Translations under genes and position numbers: made by a program | The notes under the pieces: model-generated | What the model saw: only the letters and a program-made list of their open reading frames with translations | What the model was told of the DNA's origin: nothing | The model's database searches: none | Shown: piece by piece, positions 9,416 through 19,108 of the stretch | Layout: every line of letters starts with the position of its first letter | Position numbering within the stretch: position 1 is the stretch's first letter | IMG/VR virus record: IMGVR_UViG_3300027800_000034 | Coordinates: 1 to 35,282 of that record | Length of the DNA stretch: 35,282 nt | Strand: one strand, 5' to 3' | Source: a virus | Taxonomy: Duplodnaviria; Caudoviricetes

Positions 9416-11710
9416 TTAACTCGTTAAGGTTCCGTATTCTAAATTCATAGTTAATGATTCTATTGTGAATTTAGCACCATTTACGTTTTCTATTTCATAG
9501 TTTACCACTTTCTTGTTCCCAGTGCAATTGTAGAAATTAGCAATTCCTGTATCCAGGTTAAAATACCCCGTCTTTTTATTTATCGTAAAGGATCCATCTG
9601 CCGTGTTTCGGATAGAACAAAGAGCCTTGGATATTCTTTTATATGAGGTTTTGGTGGTGCTATTTATATCTATCTGATGCGAAACAATTCTTGCATCTAT
9701 CGGGTAACCAATTTTTGGTGTTGTTGTTTCTGTTATTGGTGATCCAAGCGTACCATTTGTGTTGATGTAAGTATTTTTTATAAACACACCGGTTACAGCA
9801 TTAAATATGGCTATTTTATTGCTTGGCATGATAACATTACAATCCACAACCTCATCGGCAGTACTTATTATGGTTTTTTGGCCGATGTAGGCACTGGTTG
9901 TGTTATAATGAGTGCCATCATACTTCTCTACTTCCAGATCTAAATCTTCATCTTCCAGTGTTGCTATACCAATACAACCACCTTGAATAAATGAACTTCC
10001 AAACGTCGGTATGTTATATAAACAATAAATCAAAAAGTATGTTTTGTCGTTATAATTTACAGCACTGACCACGGATTCAATCTCTATAGAATCTGGCCTT
10101 GGGTGTCCCGACACATCTAATGCCATCTTTGGAAATTCATATCTGCTCCATGCATTAACTTGGTTTCCTGGCATAAAGCATGAAATTGCAGTGTGATTTG
10201 TTCCATCTGTGATAGAAAGCTCTTCTTGGTTGAAGATTCTTACAGGCTGAAGCGCATATAAATAATCCCCGGTTGTCATGGTTTTATCCACTTCATAGGA
10301 TAATAACTTTGGATTATCTATCATATCCAACTGAGTCAACAAGTTTATAGACGATGAATTAAACAAGTTTGATTGAAATTCGTATTGCATGGCCCGAATT
10401 GTTTTTAATGAAGAGTCACAATAAAAACACATAGACTTAAACACCAGAGGCTCACATATACTTGATGATCCATTCTTAGAGTTTAATTGCGCCGCGTCTG
10501 GTTTGATACTCAAATTGTATTCACTGACAGCACCAAATGCTTTTAATCCGTTATAATCAACAAGCCAGTTTATTTTTTCCTGGAATTTTGATGATATCTG
10601 AATCAGTGATGGTTCATTATCTAAACCATAATCGTTCTTAAAATCATTATATCGGCCAATTTGTGATGCCACCACGTTACCCATATTTCCAAAGTCCGAA
10701 AACCCAGCCATGGCCAGTCTTTGATTTGAGAAAGTTATACATGTTGGCGAGGATACGTCCAGTTTTTGATAACCGGTTTCAACTTTTATGATGGTGTCTG
10801 TTTTGTCTGACGAGGCTGTGGGGGTTAAAAGAGATCCAAAAGCTATAACTTTTGCATGGGTTACTGGGGTTCCCACTGGCTGTAAAAAATATCCCTCAAG
10901 TCTAAAATAGCACCCCATGTTTGGAAATTGTATAACGGATCCATTTGGAATAAGATCAAAAAGAGGCACTGGTGTTACAATGCTCGGCACTTCAAGCCCT
11001 GTATCAACCGAGCTATAAATTGTCGTTATTGATGGGGTTACCGAATTGTCTGTGTATGTGTATGATTCAAACCCTAATTCATCTTCGTTCCATTCCATTC
11101 CAGCAACATAGTTTTCCCCGAGCGGATCGGTTGATTGAATTTGTATTGACTGGGTGCCACTTGGTGCAACCCATGGTGCGTCCCAATTAAATTGTTCGCA
11201 AGAAAAAGTCCATTCTGTCAAGTCTGTGCATTGTAGTAACATGGGCACACCATCATCAGATGTGATCACCATAAAATTACCGTATTGCGCGAATTGATAT
11301 CTGTCTGGATCTGTAATTGGGATAGAATAATCAAACGAGACTTCTCTAGTACATTCCCCATTCTCTATAACTTTACCATAAACTGTGCGGCTGGTTGTGG
11401 AATATGGCATAAAAAATATAACAAATGTATTTGCATCTATAGAAAATATAAATCCTTTGCCCCCAGCTGGCATAAAAGCATTACTGGTTATGAAAGCATC
11501 GCCACGTATAACTCCATGATCTTCATGTACCCACACACCACTTGGTAAGAATTTTAATGCTTTTCTACGAGATATGTTTCCATAAACGTCTGGCTGGGCA
11601 TTAGACATAAGTTTAACCGACACCTGGGTGATACCAGTATCAGTACGTTCTTCTAACGCACTAGCGGTTTCGCCGCGACTCCATTTAACTCGTTTTTGTT
11701 GCGAGTTCAT
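9416..11710 (-). CDS. Tail tubular protein B / nozzle (T7 gp12-like)
   Basis: 764 aa, beta-rich. N-terminal WSRGE...RTD and NAQPDVYGNISRRK motifs; PTCITFSNQRL...SQIGRYNDF; synteny with tubular A. Confidence 0.85.
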   Translation of the reverse strand: MNSQQKRVKWSRGETASALEERTDTGITQVSVKLMSNAQPDVYGNISRRKALKFLPSGVWVHEDHGVIRGDAFITSNAFMPAGGKGFIFSIDANTFVIFFMPYSTTSRTVYGKVIENGECTREVSFDYSIPITDPDRYQFAQYGNFMVITSDDGVPMLLQCTDLTEWTFSCEQFNWDAPWVAPSGTQSIQIQSTDPLGENYVAGMEWNEDELGFESYTYTDNSVTPSITTIYSSVDTGLEVPSIVTPVPLFDLIPNGSVIQFPNMGCYFRLEGYFLQPVGTPVTHAKVIAFGSLLTPTASSDKTDTIIKVETGYQKLDVSSPTCITFSNQRLAMAGFSDFGNMGNVVASQIGRYNDFKNDYGLDNEPSLIQISSKFQEKINWLVDYNGLKAFGAVSEYNLSIKPDAAQLNSKNGSSSICEPLVFKSMCFYCDSSLKTIRAMQYEFQSNLFNSSSINLLTQLDMIDNPKLLSYEVDKTMTTGDYLYALQPVRIFNQEELSITDGTNHTAISCFMPGNQVNAWSRYEFPKMALDVSGHPRPDSIEIESVVSAVNYNDKTYFLIYCLYNIPTFGSSFIQGGCIGIATLEDEDLDLEVEKYDGTHYNTTSAYIGQKTIISTADEVVDCNVIMPSNKIAIFNAVTGVFIKNTYINTNGTLGSPITETTTPKIGYPIDARIVSHQIDINSTTKTSYKRISKALCSIRNTADGSFTINKKTGYFNLDTGIANFYNCTGNKKVVNYEIENVNGAKFTIESLTMNLEYGTLTS

Positions 11711-11723
11711 TATTTTGTACCTC

Positions 11724-12341
11724 TTATGCTATGGATCCACCACCGAATATACCACGCGATGCAATAAATGGGTTTGTAGGTAAAGATTCGTTTGGGTTAA
11801 GCTTCCCGTCAATTGCTTTGGCAGTATGAAATAATTGAGTTTCATTATTGCGTAAAATCCCCTCGCGCTGCACATCACCATTTAATAATGAATTTACGCT
11901 AGCGGCCACGAAAGTTTTAAACCAGTCTACATAATAGTTTGGCCAGCTGGCTTCGGCCAGGTTTGCCGTGTATGCCAGATATAACTTATTAATGTTAGAA
12001 AACAGAACATTGCCAATTATCTCGTATCCAGGAAAAACAAAACTTCTTTGTTCGTTCTGGTACAAATACGCGCCCCCGAGAAAATCAATTGGCAGCGTCA
12101 CCATGTATTTCCAGCGAGTGTCGGCCGTGGTATTATCCACCAGATCCAGAGTAGCATATTTTTTTGCAAAGGTCCAAGGGTGGTATAACAGTCCGCTTGG
12201 CAATAACAGATTGTACTTAGCATTAAGAATAGGCACGTCTGTATTAGTCGTTGTAGGGTTAGAGAACTCTGCATCGGCTATAGTTTCGTGTGAAATTTCC
12301 ATAAGAATCAGATTTTTAATCTGGGCACTTGTATAGGCCAT
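11724..12341 (-). CDS. Tail tubular protein A / adaptor (T7 gp11-like)
   Basis: 205 aa with HPWTFA, WKY...LP.DFL and YEIIGN.LFSN motifs and a C-terminal AKAIDG...NPFIASR segment. Confidence 0.85.
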   Translation of the reverse strand: MAYTSAQIKNLILMEISHETIADAEFSNPTTTNTDVPILNAKYNLLLPSGLLYHPWTFAKKYATLDLVDNTTADTRWKYMVTLPIDFLGGAYLYQNEQRSFVFPGYEIIGNVLFSNINKLYLAYTANLAEASWPNYYVDWFKTFVAASVNSLLNGDVQREGILRNNETQLFHTAKAIDGKLNPNESLPTNPFIASRGIFGGGSIA

Positions 12342-12353
12342 TATTAATACCTC

Positions 12354-12797
12354 TTATTCTTCAGTTTCGTTATTCCCAAATAATTCCCGCCAAATCATAC
12401 CTTTGCCATGTTTGATAGAATAAGCAACATCGCCAAGATATTTGTTATTTGCAGCATCAACGCGCGGGATCAGTTTATCAATACACTCTAAGATATTGTC
12501 CATCAGCCTCATTATTGCGAGCCCCTGGTCCATTGTGCTTGTCATTTTTGGTATAATGTGCGCCCGCATACCATTAACAATGTTTTCTTCTGGGATTGAA
12601 TTGATGCAGGCACCATTAAATATCCCCTCTTGAAAACCATCAATTATGGCTGTTATGGCCATTTCGTCAGCATTCTCACCCTCAGCAAGTCTGTCGGCCA
12701 GTAAATGCTTTGCGTATTTGCTATCATAATGCCAGTTTTTTAATGATGGGCGCAGAGCCGCAATCATATAAACAATTTGTGTCATTTCGTCATACAT
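12354..12797 (-). CDS. Hypothetical protein
   Basis: 147-aa ORF in the operon with an AAAGGA RBS. No motif recognised. Confidence 0.7.
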   Translation of the reverse strand: MYDEMTQIVYMIAALRPSLKNWHYDSKYAKHLLADRLAEGENADEMAITAIIDGFQEGIFNGACINSIPEENIVNGMRAHIIPKMTSTMDQGLAIMRLMDNILECIDKLIPRVDAANNKYLGDVAYSIKHGKGMIWRELFGNNETEE

Positions 12798-12798
12798 G

Positions 12799-13242
12799 TT
12801 ATTTCCTTTTGTTTTTTAGGTATAACCATATCCCGACTCCGCCTGCTATTAACAGGGAAATCAAAATTATAATAATAGCCGATGAATCTAGCTTTGTTGT
12901 GGCTTTGCTTGTCTGATCTATTGTCGGCGCAGTTTGGTCTGATGTGGTTGATGCCGACAGACTTGGGGTGTTCCCATCACCGATTATATGCTGCGAATTG
13001 TCTGTAATTGTGATGTTGTATGTTGGAGCCTGGACACTTGGTTTTTGTGTTGTAGAAGCGCACCCAAATAACATCATTAAAACAATCCCGATCACAAAAA
13101 ATAGTCCAATTCTTTTTATAGGTCTTTTATATAAAGATAAAAATTGTTTTAGTTTGCAGTCTTTTATACAAAAATAAGCAATAGTAATTACCCATGCATA
13201 TATGATAATCAGTGCAAATGATCCAAGTATTTTACTAGACAT
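12799..13242 (-). CDS. Putative unimolecular spanin-like lipoprotein with an extra N-terminal TM helix
   Basis: TM1, then a basic loop, a hydrophobic segment ending in a lipobox-like LFG/C, a Ser/Thr-rich linker, a C-terminal TM and a KNKRK tail. Adjacent to a holin-like gene. Confidence 0.55.
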   Translation of the reverse strand: MSSKILGSFALIIIYAWVITIAYFCIKDCKLKQFLSLYKRPIKRIGLFFVIGIVLMMLFGCASTTQKPSVQAPTYNITITDNSQHIIGDGNTPSLSASTTSDQTAPTIDQTSKATTKLDSSAIIIILISLLIAGGVGIWLYLKNKRK

Positions 13243-13660
13243 GGCGTATACCTCTTTCTTTTATCATGGTTTCTAATTGATTATACATCTCTGGATTTTT
13301 TGGTTTCAGTTTATCCGCAATATACTTTTTTGTTTCCCCATTGCCGCCAGCGTTCAGATATTTGATCGCGCTGGCCATTCTTTCACCTATTGGCATTTCA
13401 GTGGTAAAAACATTCCCTTTACACACATCTATTTCCATATCGTGAATTTTATCTATAATAAAGTCCAGTTTCCTGGTTTGTTTTATTGTTTCTTTTCTAT
13501 CACTATGAAAATAGAGCTTCCCTTGTTTGTCACGCTTTACTCTTGGTAATACATAAAATGCCAGCAACACAATTACAAACATTATCAAAAATAAGGTCGC
13601 CTGCCAGGGCATCTTACTAAATATCGTTCCTAGGACAGATGAATTCGCAAAGCTTTCCAT
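13235..13660 (-). CDS. Putative single-TM holin-like protein
   Basis: 141 aa with an N-terminal TM (WQATLFLIMFVIVLLAFYVL) and a C-terminal Y..AGGNG motif typical of phage lysis-region proteins. Confidence 0.5.
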   Translation of the reverse strand: MESFANSSVLGTIFSKMPWQATLFLIMFVIVLLAFYVLPRVKRDKQGKLYFHSDRKETIKQTRKLDFIIDKIHDMEIDVCKGNVFTTEMPIGERMASAIKYLNAGGNGETKKYIADKLKPKNPEMYNQLETMIKERGIRHV

Positions 13661-13677
13661 AACACAAGCCTTTTTTT

Positions 13678-13712
13678 AAAACCCCGTGCCAAGAAAATAA
13701 TCCTAGCACGGG
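13678..13712 (-). terminator. Intrinsic terminator after the capsid decoration gene
   Basis: Minus strand reads CCCGTGCTAGGA-TTATTT-TCTTGGCACGGG followed by GTTTT. Confidence 0.75.
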
Positions 13713-13721
13713 TTAGTTTAA

Positions 13722-14114
13722 TTATGCACCTGGTTGTAAAGCAACCAATGCAGCGTCAATGCTCGCAAGAGCAGCAGCCAATGTAGAACCGGTTACTATA
13801 TCTAAAGCTGCAGTATCTACAGATACGTCTGCTCCAGTTATAGAGGTTTCGGTTGTCAATGCTAATGCTGTCAGAACACCTGGTGTAGCTTCCTTGAGGT
13901 AGTAAGAGGAAATAACATAAGTGGAAATAGCCCCAGCAACTCTGGTTATATTTATCACATTTATTTTATCACCATCTTTAAATCCTACATTCATAGGAAA
14001 GTATCCAGCACCAGTGACGGTATCACTTGAACTATATTCGTAAGAATTTACTCCGCCGAATATTCCTTTCAAGTTTGCTTCGTTAGAAATAACGTTTGCT
14101 AATGTAAAAGCCAT
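13722..14114 (-). CDS. Capsid decoration/cement protein
   Basis: 130 aa directly after the major capsid gene, followed by a terminator. MAF...Y.Y.S.DT..GAGYF.....GDKI pattern; GGAGG RBS. Confidence 0.65.
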   Translation of the reverse strand: MAFTLANVISNEANLKGIFGGVNSYEYSSSDTVTGAGYFPMNVGFKDGDKINVINITRVAGAISTYVISSYYLKEATPGVLTALALTTETSITGADVSVDTAALDIVTGSTLAAALASIDAALVALQPGA

Positions 14115-14144
14115 TGTGGCCTCCTTTTAAGTTATTAATCATAT

Positions 14145-14166
14145 ACCAGGGACCGAAGCCCCTGGT
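14145..14166 (-). promoter_or_regulatory. Stable cUUCGg hairpin between the capsid and decoration genes (mRNA stabiliser or partial terminator)
   Basis: ACCAGGGGC-TTCG-GTCCCTGGT on the minus strand, with no U-tract. Confidence 0.6.
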
Positions 14167-14171
14167 TATAA

Positions 14172-15029
14172 TTATGCTGCCGCCAATTCAATTGCAACGA
14201 TACCTTTTTGGTCAATTACAACTGCACCGCCAGAACACCAGAACGAGTGGTAATAACCATGGTATTGAGGTGTATCCGCAACGTGTACATCGCGCATTTT
14301 GCCGATGAAGCAGCCTACGGCAGCTTTATCAAACAAGAACGCCAGTACGGTTGGATCTTGAGAAGTGCTATTTGGGCCAGCTGGCAACTTATAGTCTTCT
14401 TGGTTTGGTGCAACGAATTCCCATGCGACTCCGCCCCAACGTTTGACTTCAGTTCCATTTACTAATGGGCGGAAATCATTGGTCAAGAAGTTTGTCCAGG
14501 TTGTATCGCTTTCCATATCTCTTTGCATTTTTGTTGGTCCAACCAAAGTCAAAGAATCCATGCCGACAGAATTGTCAAACAAAGTTCCTTTTGCTTCAGA
14601 TAAGATATCGGTGGACATAGGATCTGTACCGTGAGGTAAAATCATATTGACCGAATCATAGCCAGCAGATAATGCATCAATTACGAATTGTCCAATCTGA
14701 CGATTCAATGCAGCAACGGCGTTGTCCGTATTTACACGGGCTTCGTCAATGTTCAGTTTTGGCGCGTTGCGATATTCTATGATGAAATCAACATAAAAAT
14801 CTTCAACGGTTGCAAATACTGGTGCATAATTCATTTGCTGTGGGATACCCACTGCGCCTGGAATCATCTTTTGTGCGCGGAATTTACCAGATACAGCGAA
14901 ACGAGCGTCTTCGCCCTTTTCACCCATACGTAAGGTTGTACCGGCAAGCAGGTTGGTGCTTTTGGTTTGGTATGCCAATTTGACCAATGGGTCAAAGTAG
15001 CTTATATACATTGCTAGAATATTATCCAT
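14172..15029 (-). CDS. Major capsid protein (podovirus type)
   Basis: 285 aa. FDPLVKLAYQ N-terminus, AALNRQI, DFRPLVNG..RWGG and a C-terminal GAVVIDQKGIV; strong AAGGAG RBS; follows portal and scaffold. Confidence 0.9.
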   Translation of the reverse strand: MDNILAMYISYFDPLVKLAYQTKSTNLLAGTTLRMGEKGEDARFAVSGKFRAQKMIPGAVGIPQQMNYAPVFATVEDFYVDFIIEYRNAPKLNIDEARVNTDNAVAALNRQIGQFVIDALSAGYDSVNMILPHGTDPMSTDILSEAKGTLFDNSVGMDSLTLVGPTKMQRDMESDTTWTNFLTNDFRPLVNGTEVKRWGGVAWEFVAPNQEDYKLPAGPNSTSQDPTVLAFLFDKAAVGCFIGKMRDVHVADTPQYHGYYHSFWCSGGAVVIDQKGIVAIELAAA

Positions 15030-15155
15030 AGTTATACTCCTTTGGTTCTAGCGGGTTGAAACAAAGCAGTAAAGCGATTATGCCTATGGTTTCTGGGGGT
15101 CTGAAAAACAGGTTATGCCCATACTTGAACAGGGTTCTCTTTCCTTGCTAATTTA

Positions 15156-15184
15156 ATCATAACATTTTATACATAAAAAAACAA
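15156..15184 (-). promoter_or_regulatory. Sigma70-type promoter for the capsid gene
   Basis: TTGTTT-N17-TATGAT with an extended -10 TGn. Overlaps the upstream terminator. Confidence 0.55.
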
Positions 15185-15205
15185 GCCCATTTAAGAGCTT
15201 GTTTT
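15175..15205 (-). terminator. Intrinsic terminator
   Basis: AAAACAAGCTC-TTAAAT-GGGCTTGTTTTTTT on the minus strand. Confidence 0.7.
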
Positions 15206-15219
15206 AACATTTGTATAAT

Positions 15220-15858
15220 TTATGCAGATTTTCTCGTATGATACATCTCAATGAATTTATTAAGATCTATTTCAAACTTTGGCTTTATAACTGTAAACCT
15301 CGGGCCTATTTCTTTATCTTTGGTCAGTTTAACCAAGATATCCAGATTCAAATCTTCATTTTCTTTCAAAATCGCATGGATATTTTTATTGTTGGATAAT
15401 GCAGCTTCAATTGTCTTTGCAAACTTTTGTTTCTGATTATATTCCTGCGTCTTTGTATCATTCAGAGCTTTTACTTTTTGAACTTCTTGGTTCTGTCTGA
15501 ATTTATACATCTGGGTTTCATTCCATTTGCGCTTTTTATTTTCTATTGATCGGCGCATTTCAATTCTTTGATCCCGACTCATAACTGTAATTGGTATGTT
15601 TTTCAAAAACAGTTCTTCAGTTCTGGTAATCCCCTTTTTAGCCAGATTTTTATCCAAAGCCAGATCATTCAAAATTTCTTTTGATGGTTTTTGTGGTTTT
15701 GGTGGTGCTGGTGGCAGAATTTCTAATTCAGCCATTCTTTCAATAATCTGTTTTTGTAATGATTCTTTTACTTTCTTCCCGGCACCGGTATACTTTTTCA
15801 TAAGTTCTTTTACCGCAGCATCTTTGCTTTTTTGTGCCAGTTTATACCATGAAATCAT
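15220..15858 (-). CDS. Hypothetical Lys-rich basic protein
   Basis: 212-aa ORF with a GAGGTG RBS; highly basic and helical. Confidence 0.7.
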   Translation of the reverse strand: MISWYKLAQKSKDAAVKELMKKYTGAGKKVKESLQKQIIERMAELEILPPAPPKPQKPSKEILNDLALDKNLAKKGITRTEELFLKNIPITVMSRDQRIEMRRSIENKKRKWNETQMYKFRQNQEVQKVKALNDTKTQEYNQKQKFAKTIEAALSNNKNIHAILKENEDLNLDILVKLTKDKEIGPRFTVIKPKFEIDLNKFIEMYHTRKSA

Positions 15859-15869
15859 AATATCACCTC

Positions 15870-16229
15870 TTATTTGGGTTCAATTGGTTTAGGTTCGGCC
15901 GATTCTGGTGTTACTGATGCAATCAATTCTTGCAAGTTAAACTCTGGATCACCAAAAAATGCTTCGCCAAGCTTTTGTTGCTTGTCCAGATATTCTTTGA
16001 ACTTTGCAATCTTTTCGTTCAATTCTTCTTCGGTGACCGCGATTGTTGCAGATGTTCCACCGACTTCACCGGCTGCCGCAGATTTGATTGTGTATTGTAT
16101 AATGCCACCAGCATTTATAGAAATACCCAAGATAAAACCCATATAAGATTTTATTTCTTTGTCTTGTGGGCGAAAGCAGAATACTTTCTGGCCAAGTGAT
16201 GCTATAAAGTTAATTTCTTCGGGATTCAT
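15870..16229 (-). CDS. Hypothetical protein
   Basis: 119-aa ORF with an AAGGA RBS, in the head operon. Confidence 0.7.
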   Translation of the reverse strand: MNPEEINFIASLGQKVFCFRPQDKEIKSYMGFILGISINAGGIIQYTIKSAAAGEVGGTSATIAVTEEELNEKIAKFKEYLDKQQKLGEAFFGDPEFNLQELIASVTPESAEPKPIEPK

Positions 16230-16255
16230 TTTAGTTCCTTTTGGTTGTTGGTTGA

Positions 16256-16999
16256 TTATATTTTTTTACCCATAACATCGGCGCGTTCTTTCAACATTCT
16301 GTCCTGGGTATCTTTGTCTGCCTTGACAAAGTTTCTATCCCATTCTTCTTGGTTGAATTTCGGATCGCTCTGTATAACTGGGATTCTATTACCCATCATG
16401 GCATGCTTTACCTTATTTAATGATAAAGCCCAATTTGGATTAGTTTTTATAATTTCTAAATGTGCATTAAACTCTGCTTCAGAATTACAAAAATCTTTTA
16501 ACCAGCCTGTAAGACTTTCTTCCCATGCATTCAAATCCGTTGTATCCCCAACGTGCTCTTGTAACACTTTGTTGCGATTCGCAAGCTGTTCTGCTTTTTT
16601 TACTTCTTTGGCCGCAGCAGACTCTAAATCAATCACGCCCTTTTCAGTTAAGACATCTAACATGAAATTGCGCAGATCATGATTGCGTTCAACACCGATG
16701 CCTTTTTCAATAGACACTTTGTCCAATTTACCAAACAAATCGTTGATCAAAGCCTTGTTTTCTTCAACACTATTAAATTCAGTGTATTTAGAATCAAAGT
16801 TATAATTCTCACCATATTCTTCAACCTTGCTGGGCACTTGTCTCAATTTAGAGATTTGTTGGCGATTAAACTTCTCTGATTCAACAATCTTTTTAACTTT
16901 TTCTGTATCAAATTGACCATCAGCGGCACGTAATGCGGCTAATTCATCTGTGGCAATTGGTGGTACTGGTGGTACTGGTGGAACAATTCCATCTGGCAT
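16256..16999 (-). CDS. Capsid scaffolding protein
   Basis: 247 aa, charged and helical, with a Pro-rich N-terminus and a VPSKVEEY motif. Lies between portal and capsid. Confidence 0.7.
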   Translation of the reverse strand: MPDGIVPPVPPVPPIATDELAALRAADGQFDTEKVKKIVESEKFNRQQISKLRQVPSKVEEYGENYNFDSKYTEFNSVEENKALINDLFGKLDKVSIEKGIGVERNHDLRNFMLDVLTEKGVIDLESAAAKEVKKAEQLANRNKVLQEHVGDTTDLNAWEESLTGWLKDFCNSEAEFNAHLEIIKTNPNWALSLNKVKHAMMGNRIPVIQSDPKFNQEEWDRNFVKADKDTQDRMLKERADVMGKKI

Positions 17000-17017
17000 G
17001 TTATACTCCTTTCTTGG

Positions 17018-17278
17018 TTATTTAGGTTGTTTTGGTTGTGATTTTCTAGCGTTTTGATCTTTTGCGAAATTGCCGAGGTTGATTAAGTATGTGTATATTT
17101 CAACCCTGGCTTGGGCCTTATGGTGTGCATAGGCATTGGGATCATTAGACGTATAAACTAAAGAGTTCATATTTGCAATCGCTTCATCGCGCAAATCTTG
17201 TAAAATGTTCTGTCCGTCTGGTTGTCCAAAGACAGCCTCCATTACAGAATTACGTAAATCTTGTGGTACTCTAGACAT
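17018..17278 (-). CDS. Small protein downstream of portal (BPP-1 Bbp19-like)
   Basis: 86 aa with a VFGQPDGQNILQDL motif, in the typical portal-proximal position. Confidence 0.65.
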   Translation of the reverse strand: MSRVPQDLRNSVMEAVFGQPDGQNILQDLRDEAIANMNSLVYTSNDPNAYAHHKAQARVEIYTYLINLGNFAKDQNARKSQPKQPK

Positions 17279-18824
17279 TTGTTTCCCCCGCTTTTTTAAC
17301 TGCTATTTCTCTGGCCATTTTTGCTCTTTCACCCTCTACCATGGCGTTTTTGCGCTCGTTGGCCATTGATTCCATATTCTTAGCAATATCCTGTGTTGAA
17401 TATATGATTTTTTTATTTGTCTTTAATAATGTTGCAACCTCGTCGGCAAACATTGGTTTGTTGATAGTGGCGGCAGTAAGTGCTCCAGTTGGATCTGCAG
17501 CATTGAATATATCAATCATTACACCAAGCGATTGTATTTTTTGTGAATCACGTGATAATGTTGATACCAATTCCACCTCTAAGCTGTCGCAATATGATTT
17601 GACATCAAATCCTTTCGGATAAAAGTCCTCTATTTTACGCAATTTCCAGGCCAACCAACGTACACAATCAGTCATCATTGATAAGGCACACATAATTTGT
17701 TGGTTAGACACATTATCTAATTTTGATGAACGAGCAGCAATTTCTGTGGCCGACATTCTTTGATTGGTTTGATTTGGTATGGTGTCGGCAGTCATAATCT
17801 CTTTTATATTCATTTCCATTTGAGACATGTTCCACTGGACAACATTTGGATCATCACCGACTTGCAAAGGTGTAAGAGATGGGTTGTCTCTACCAGTGCT
17901 TGGTACTTTAATTATTTCCATTGGTTTCATGGTAAGTCTATCAAAGTCCAGCATAGCTTCTTGACTCGCAAGCCACATTGGTGCCGCTCTAAAGGTAAGG
18001 CCAAACGTTCCATAATACTTCAAGGTGTTAAGCATGTTGATCTCTGGCAATGCTTTTACCCCAACCCCTATTCCATATACTGCACCAGGGCGGCGAGTCC
18101 AAAACAAAGAACCGAAATCACAAAAATAATCAATTTCGTCTAATAGCTTCTTTTCTTCATAAATAACACAATAATGCCAATTATTATCATCATAATTGAA
18201 TATGGTGCATTCTTTAATCTCTATTTCATCGCTTTTATTTTTTTCATTAAGGTTGATTTTAGCTTTAACATCATCACCCAAACCAAACTCACTTTGAACT
18301 TCTTCCCGTTTTAATTTTACTTTGCGATAATATCCATCAATCTCGCCCGTAAAAGCCCTTGTCATTGAAACGTCTTTAATTGGCACCGGCACTAAAGAAA
18401 AGTATTTTTTTGCATAATTATAGTGTTTGTAATATGTTGACGTTCCAGCTACGAGATCATACCCAACCTCTAATATAGAATCTGTATTTCGGCGAAACAG
18501 AAAGTTTATACTCGCTTCTAAGTTAGTATTGATTTGTTTTATTGTATCATCAGCTGGGAAAAATGGGTTATTTGATAACCGCATGAAAGATTCGCCATCG
18601 TTTGTACATATCTTTTGGAATCTTGCTGCAAATGTATCTGCGGCCGCAGTTCCAACATTGGTCATCAATCGTATATTTTCCCAATTGTTTGGTATGTTTT
18701 CGTCCATATAGAAAGAATCTCTATTGGGCATCGTCATTCTGAATACTGCTCTATAAAGAGAATCCCACGGCTGTTTTTCAGACATGGCAGAATCATATCT
18801 ATTTGTTATATCAATAAGGTTCAT
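17271..18824 (-). CDS. Portal / head-tail connector (T7 gp8-like)
   Basis: 517 aa. WDSLYR...MPNRDSF, DLVAGT, W.RRPG.VYG.G.G.KALPEI..LN and MSATEI..R motifs. Confidence 0.92.
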   Translation of the reverse strand: MNLIDITNRYDSAMSEKQPWDSLYRAVFRMTMPNRDSFYMDENIPNNWENIRLMTNVGTAAADTFAARFQKICTNDGESFMRLSNNPFFPADDTIKQINTNLEASINFLFRRNTDSILEVGYDLVAGTSTYYKHYNYAKKYFSLVPVPIKDVSMTRAFTGEIDGYYRKVKLKREEVQSEFGLGDDVKAKINLNEKNKSDEIEIKECTIFNYDDNNWHYCVIYEEKKLLDEIDYFCDFGSLFWTRRPGAVYGIGVGVKALPEINMLNTLKYYGTFGLTFRAAPMWLASQEAMLDFDRLTMKPMEIIKVPSTGRDNPSLTPLQVGDDPNVVQWNMSQMEMNIKEIMTADTIPNQTNQRMSATEIAARSSKLDNVSNQQIMCALSMMTDCVRWLAWKLRKIEDFYPKGFDVKSYCDSLEVELVSTLSRDSQKIQSLGVMIDIFNAADPTGALTAATINKPMFADEVATLLKTNKKIIYSTQDIAKNMESMANERKNAMVEGERAKMAREIAVKKAGETNV

Positions 18825-19099
18825 TATCCAAGGTCTCCATATTTGTCGCCAGTACCAACCCCTGGGGCAACTCCTCCGAAGCTAATATCTGACAGATTTG
18901 TTAGAGAGTTCATTAACTTTTCATTTTCCCGTTTTTGTGATTCTTCTTCACGCTTGCGGGTTCTTTCTAATTCTTCAGTTTGTTGTTGTAATGCTTTTGC
19001 CTGTAAAGCGTTTGATTCTTTCGCGCGCGCGTTAGCCTTGCCCGATCCAACCATACCGACTCCAGCAGAAACTGTAATAGCACCAGCAATAAGCGGCAT
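18824..19099 (-). CDS. Small virion-associated protein upstream of portal
   Basis: 91 aa: Gly/Ala N-terminus, coiled coil, Gly-rich end finishing in LG. Typical pre-portal podophage gene. Confidence 0.55.
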   Translation of the reverse strand: MPLIAGAITVSAGVGMVGSGKANARAKESNALQAKALQQQTEELERTRKREEESQKRENEKLMNSLTNLSDISFGGVAPGVGTGDKYGDLG

Positions 19100-19108
19100 T
19101 ATAAACCT

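Noticed and set aside
16958-16982. Short tandem repeat (tggtactgg)
   Set aside because: It simply encodes PPVPPVPP at the scaffold N-terminus.
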